From contig JAFYCE010000062.1 of NCBI GenBank assembly GCA_017539865.1, forward strand, positions 1 through 53,950: 53,950 nucleotides of DNA. The letters are read 5' to 3'. Shown piece after piece: positions 50,252 through 53,950 of this stretch (the stretch's first letter is position 1; every line of letters begins with the position of its first letter). The notes below the pieces were generated by a model, which searched no databases, was not told where the DNA came from, and worked only from the letters and a program-made list of their open reading frames with translations. The DNA is from Alphaproteobacteria bacterium (GTDB taxonomy: Bacteria; Pseudomonadota; Alphaproteobacteria; CAAGCB01; CAG-977). Both the position numbers and the translations under genes were made by a program.

Positions 50252-51427
50252 ATGTCGTTCCTTGCAAAAATTTTCGGTAAGAAAAAATCACATACGGAAG
50301 AAAACAAACAGGGGCAATCTGCTGTAACAAATGTTTCCGTAAAGAATCCCGAAGAACGCACTCGTGAGGATTTGGAACGGGATCTGGCTGTCATAACACA
50401 GAAAGATCCTGAAACGGGCGCGCTGATAACCCGTGCCCCCGGAAAAAAAGAGAAATCATATTTAAAACAAACACTTGATTTCATCGAAAAGGTTTCCGGC
50501 GGCAAGGAAATGTTGGACGATATAGCCAAAAAGGGATACAGAATCGTTTTCAGCGAAAAGAAAAATGATGAAAGCAAGGAAAGTTATAGAACCGACAAGG
50601 ACTGGTACAGCCGGTCAGCGATCATGCTTTCCTTGGACAGCCATAAAACGACGCAGGGATTGGCACTTTCCTGCATGCATTTTTTAGGATGTATAAAGCA
50701 GAATGAACAGCTCAAGGCGGCCGGAATAGTGGAAAAGGATTTGAATATGGCCGACCAAATCAGACTGGATCGCGCGCGAACTGTCGCCCGATACGCTCTG
50801 GAAGCGGAACTGGTCGTTCAAATGTCGAAAATCGAACCGAATGATGAAGGCGGGCTGAGCTTGACCCTTCCCTACGGCTTGAAGCAGGTTTTTGCCATAC
50901 ATCCGCCCATAAAAGCGTATGCTCAAGAAATGCTGAACACCGCCGGCGACAGAGGCAAATCCGTTGAAAAAGTGGCGGATTCGTTTTGCGAAGCAACCCA
51001 TGACGTGAAATATTATCGCGACGCCTATGAACAAACATATATCCGGAACATCATAAACGGATTAAACAATTCTCCGGATAACCGGACGGCTCTGCAAAAA
51101 TCGCTGACACCGGAAGAAATGGTGAAGGTCAGCTTTGTCAAACTGTTTCAGAAAAACGTTTCACCCGATTTTCTGAAATCGGAAGAGATGAATTCCCTGT
51201 CCGAAAATGCGCTCAACAAGCTGCAGGCCATATCCGAAGAGTGCGAAAAGGCGGGAATTAAAGACAGATCTTTTAAACAGCTGCATCCGCATGATCTGCG
51301 ATTGTCATATAAAGAAATGAAAAAGCTGACTGCGGCACTGAAAAGAAATAAAAAAGAACAGTCTGCCGAAACGAAAAAACCGGCTAATGCCGCTTTTATG
51401 GCAAAAATCAAACAAGAGGGAAGATAA
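50252..51427 (+). CDS. Paralogue of the 25273 metallopeptidase-like protein with destroyed HExxH
   Basis: LNMADQIRLDRA vs LNMADQLRLDRA; SCMHFLGCIKQ in place of NCVHEMTHAMQ; ends KIKQEGR. Confidence 0.78.
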   Translation: MSFLAKIFGKKKSHTEENKQGQSAVTNVSVKNPEERTREDLERDLAVITQKDPETGALITRAPGKKEKSYLKQTLDFIEKVSGGKEMLDDIAKKGYRIVFSEKKNDESKESYRTDKDWYSRSAIMLSLDSHKTTQGLALSCMHFLGCIKQNEQLKAAGIVEKDLNMADQIRLDRARTVARYALEAELVVQMSKIEPNDEGGLSLTLPYGLKQVFAIHPPIKAYAQEMLNTAGDRGKSVEKVADSFCEATHDVKYYRDAYEQTYIRNIINGLNNSPDNRTALQKSLTPEEMVKVSFVKLFQKNVSPDFLKSEEMNSLSENALNKLQAISEECEKAGIKDRSFKQLHPHDLRLSYKEMKKLTAALKRNKKEQSAETKKPANAAFMAKIKQEGR

Positions 51428-51659
51428 ATCTTTCTTCGGACAACGATCGCGAAGTTTCGGAAATATTTTTAACCGTTTGAAACAAAACGGAAAAAGAACG
51501 ATTTCAACTCTTCTCGATATTATCGGAAACAGCGGCGGATAACAGAAAAAAGTCCTTTGCCATCGGCAAATGCCTCGCAGGGTTCACCGGAAAGCGTTCG
51601 TATTACGAATTGCGTATCCTGCAAAAAAGCCGCCGGAATAAATGATTTCTCCGCTGACA

Positions 51660-51687
51660 AAAGAGCCGCTCGGTTGAGCGGCTCTTT
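51660..51687 (-). terminator. Terminator downstream of the autotransporter
   Basis: AAAGAGCCGCTC-GGTT-GAGCGGCTCTTT. Confidence 0.8.
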
Positions 51688-51732
51688 CATCACTGTCCGG
51701 AGATGGTCTGTTTTTCCGATATGTTCAACAGT

Positions 51733-53950
51733 TCAGAAATTATACCTGACATTGATCAAGCCCGTGTGATCGGTGTAGTGCGATTTAAACTTTCCTTCAT
51801 AGGACAAGCCGATGTCGGTGTTGCCGCCGACTTTGAACGACACGCCGGCACCCAATTCGACACCCCAGCGTTTCATGTTTTTGCTTCGGCCACATAACTC
51901 GAGCAGTTCGCCAGTGTCACCGTCCGGTTTTGGCTGTCGCGACGGAAATCATATGTCAGCGCCAGTTTTGCGTCCGGCGTGATTGTCGTATTGCCGGAAC
52001 GGAAGGATTTTGCCGCTTTCACGCCGCCGACCCATGTCCACGTGTCCAGCGTCTTGCTCGCCATCTTCGCCCCCAACGCGTCTATGTAAGAGCGCTGACG
52101 CACGCTCGTGTAACGCAAGCCGGCTTCCGGCGTCACGATATCGTTCACCGCGTAGCCCGCCATCACTTGGCCCGCAAACGTGTTCGCGCGGTAATCGCTC
52201 TGCAGTCCCGCCAAACGCGTCGTTTCATCGTAACGGGAATGACCGTAGCTCAAAACGCCGTTCACATAGAAGTTATCCGGTTTGTATTCGCCATAGGTAA
52301 AGAACGTGTGCGTGTCAACGTCCGTCTTGCTTCTGGCGGTGTCAATGTCCGTATTCGTATAAGCGTATCCGACGCCTGCCTTGACTGAGTCGTTGACGTT
52401 GTATTCAAAGCCCGCCGCAAAACCGGTCGAATCGGAATCAAACCCGTCGGCTTTGTGCAAATCGGCCTTGTTATACAGACCTTGCGCCCAGACGGAAGCC
52501 GCGCCGGCCGTGTAATCGCCGCCCGAACGGCCTTTGTCCGTCGAGGAGGAACCACCGCCCATACGACCGCCGACAATGTTCATCACCGCGCCAGCATTGG
52601 CAGTCGCCGTCGATGAAGCCGAAGGTGACGCTTCCGGCGTGACTTCACGCAAAAGCTGTTTCAGCCAGACGGGATTTCCCGGGGAAGCGTCCAATAAAGT
52701 GATAATGTTTCTCGCTGCGGCTTTGTGAAACGGAGACAGCATATCGACAACGTCGTCTTCCAAAGCGGCAATCGCTTTTTCTTCATTTCCGGTAATGAAA
52801 AAGCCTTTGTTTCTTAAAACTCTTATTGCCGCTTTACCGGACGACAACAAACGTAAAATATACAAATCTCCGCCTGTCCATCCGCGCAAGGGCCCGACCG
52901 CCCTTGCTTCGTTCACATTAAAGACAGAAGCGGAAACCGCGAATTTGTTTGTATCGTAACCGGCAAAGGAAAAGCCCGTTCCGTCCGTAATATGATACAG
53001 CGTCACTTCATCGCGGGAAACGTCGCTCATATCCAAAGCCAACGTCACGTTCGCCGCCGTTGCCGTAATCATCGGAGCGGTCTTTGCCGCGTCGCTCAAA
53101 GTCGCCTTTAAAATGCCGCCGGTGATGGTTGCCGCTTCCAAAACGCCGGTACCGATGTCCAGCGTTTTGCCGTCGGAAATCAGTATGGATTGTGCGGTCG
53201 TTCGTGCGGCGCGAACGGTCGCATCCGATGAAACGGACGTATCGGGAGCGTTAAAAGTGACGTTTCCCGAACCGAAAGAATATCTTCCGCCGGCAATCGT
53301 TATGCTCCCGCCGGCAGCTCTGAATTCCGTTCCGTTTCGGGCGGAAAACATCATGTTGCCGGACAGATTTAAATTATTTGCAGCTCTGAAGAGAATGGAC
53401 GCGTTAGAAGAAGTATATGTCCCCCCTGTCACCGTTATATCACTTGTATTTGTTGTAAAAACAAGAGAATTTTGGGCATTAACGCTTACATTGTCGGATA
53501 AGCTCAAATTATTCTGAGCGGTAAAACTAACTAAAGCCGTTGCAGAGGAATACGTTCCACCGGTAACCGTCATATCGCCATATGATGTAAAATCAAGACT
53601 AGTGTTGGCATTGACGTTTACATTGTCGGATAAGCTCAAATTATTCTGAGCGGTAAAACTAACTAAAGACGTTTCGGATGAATACGTTCCACCGGTAACC
53701 GTCATATCGTCATTTGATGTAAAATTAAGACTAGTGTTGGCATTGACGTTTACATTGTCGGATAAGCTCAAATTATTCTGAGCGGTAAAATTAACTAAAG
53801 ACGTTTCGGAAGAATACGTTCCGCCTGCTATCGTCATAGCGCCGGCGATTGCTCTAAAATTAAGAGAGCTGTTGGCATTGACGTTTACATTGTCGGATAA
53901 GCTCAAATTATTCTGAGCGGTAAAACTAACATAGGACGTTTCGGATGAAT
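51733..53950 (-). pseudogene. Autotransporter (type Va) with repeat passenger, frameshifted near its C-terminus; 5' end outside the window
   Basis: Beta-domain SVWAQG, GVGYAY, TPEAGLRY. Frame stops at 51873, but the adjacent frame continues NMKRWGVELGAGVSF...GLINVRYNF* to 51733. Confidence 0.8.
53390..53950 (-). repeat. 132-135 bp tandem coding repeat (44-45 aa) in the autotransporter passenger
   Basis: TTGTCGGATAAGCTCAAATTATTCTGAGCGGTAAAA recurs at 53491, 53623, 53755 and 53890; unit LSLSDNVNVNANTSL.F.....TVTGGTYSS....VSFTAQNN. Confidence 0.92.

Noticed and set aside
51430-51658. 230-bp intergenic stretch with small hairpins (TTCGT-ATT-ACGAA inside GCAGG...CCTGC) and short open frames
   Set aside because: No recognisable ncRNA family or protein motif; may be a gene remnant but cannot be supported from sequence alone
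53390-53950. Regularly spaced 36-bp identical blocks that superficially resemble a CRISPR array
   Set aside because: The intervening sequences are homologous to each other, about 96-99 bp, in frame and coding; no cas genes

Overview
A 54-kb stretch of ordinary chromosome, most likely from a flagellated, fermentative alphaproteobacterium. The alpha-type flagellin C-terminus, clpS-clpA, SDR-uvrC, ihfB-lapA and tkt-fba point to Alphaproteobacteria, while the [FeFe]-hydrogenase, rubrerythrin, glucose PTS and Feo suggest an anaerobic, probably gut-associated lifestyle; the taxonomy is inferred, not looked up. I saw no rRNA, tRNA, CRISPR array, prophage or IS element. Five things stand out. (1) A divergent nitrogen module, glnA(III) <- -> GS-I-like / ANTAR / nadE, in which both leaders carry a single ANTAR-type hexaloop hairpin overlapping an intrinsic terminator. 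The ANTAR receiver domain lacks the phospho-Asp and has no kinase nearby, which suggests the GS-like protein could be the sensor. (2) Three dispersed, monocistronic paralogues of a zincin-like protein, one with intact HExxH and two with the motif destroyed, all ending in a Lys-rich ...GR/DR tail that may be a secretion signal. (3) A DnaA-box / CtrA-like / IHF-like / AT-rich element upstream of uvrC resembling a DARS or oriC. (4) Several full-length enzymes that have lost catalytic motifs: DprE1-like, DprE2-like, an SDR fusion, CcmF and a thymidine/AMP phosphorylase. (5) A repeat-containing autotransporter with a 1-bp frameshift in its beta-barrel.
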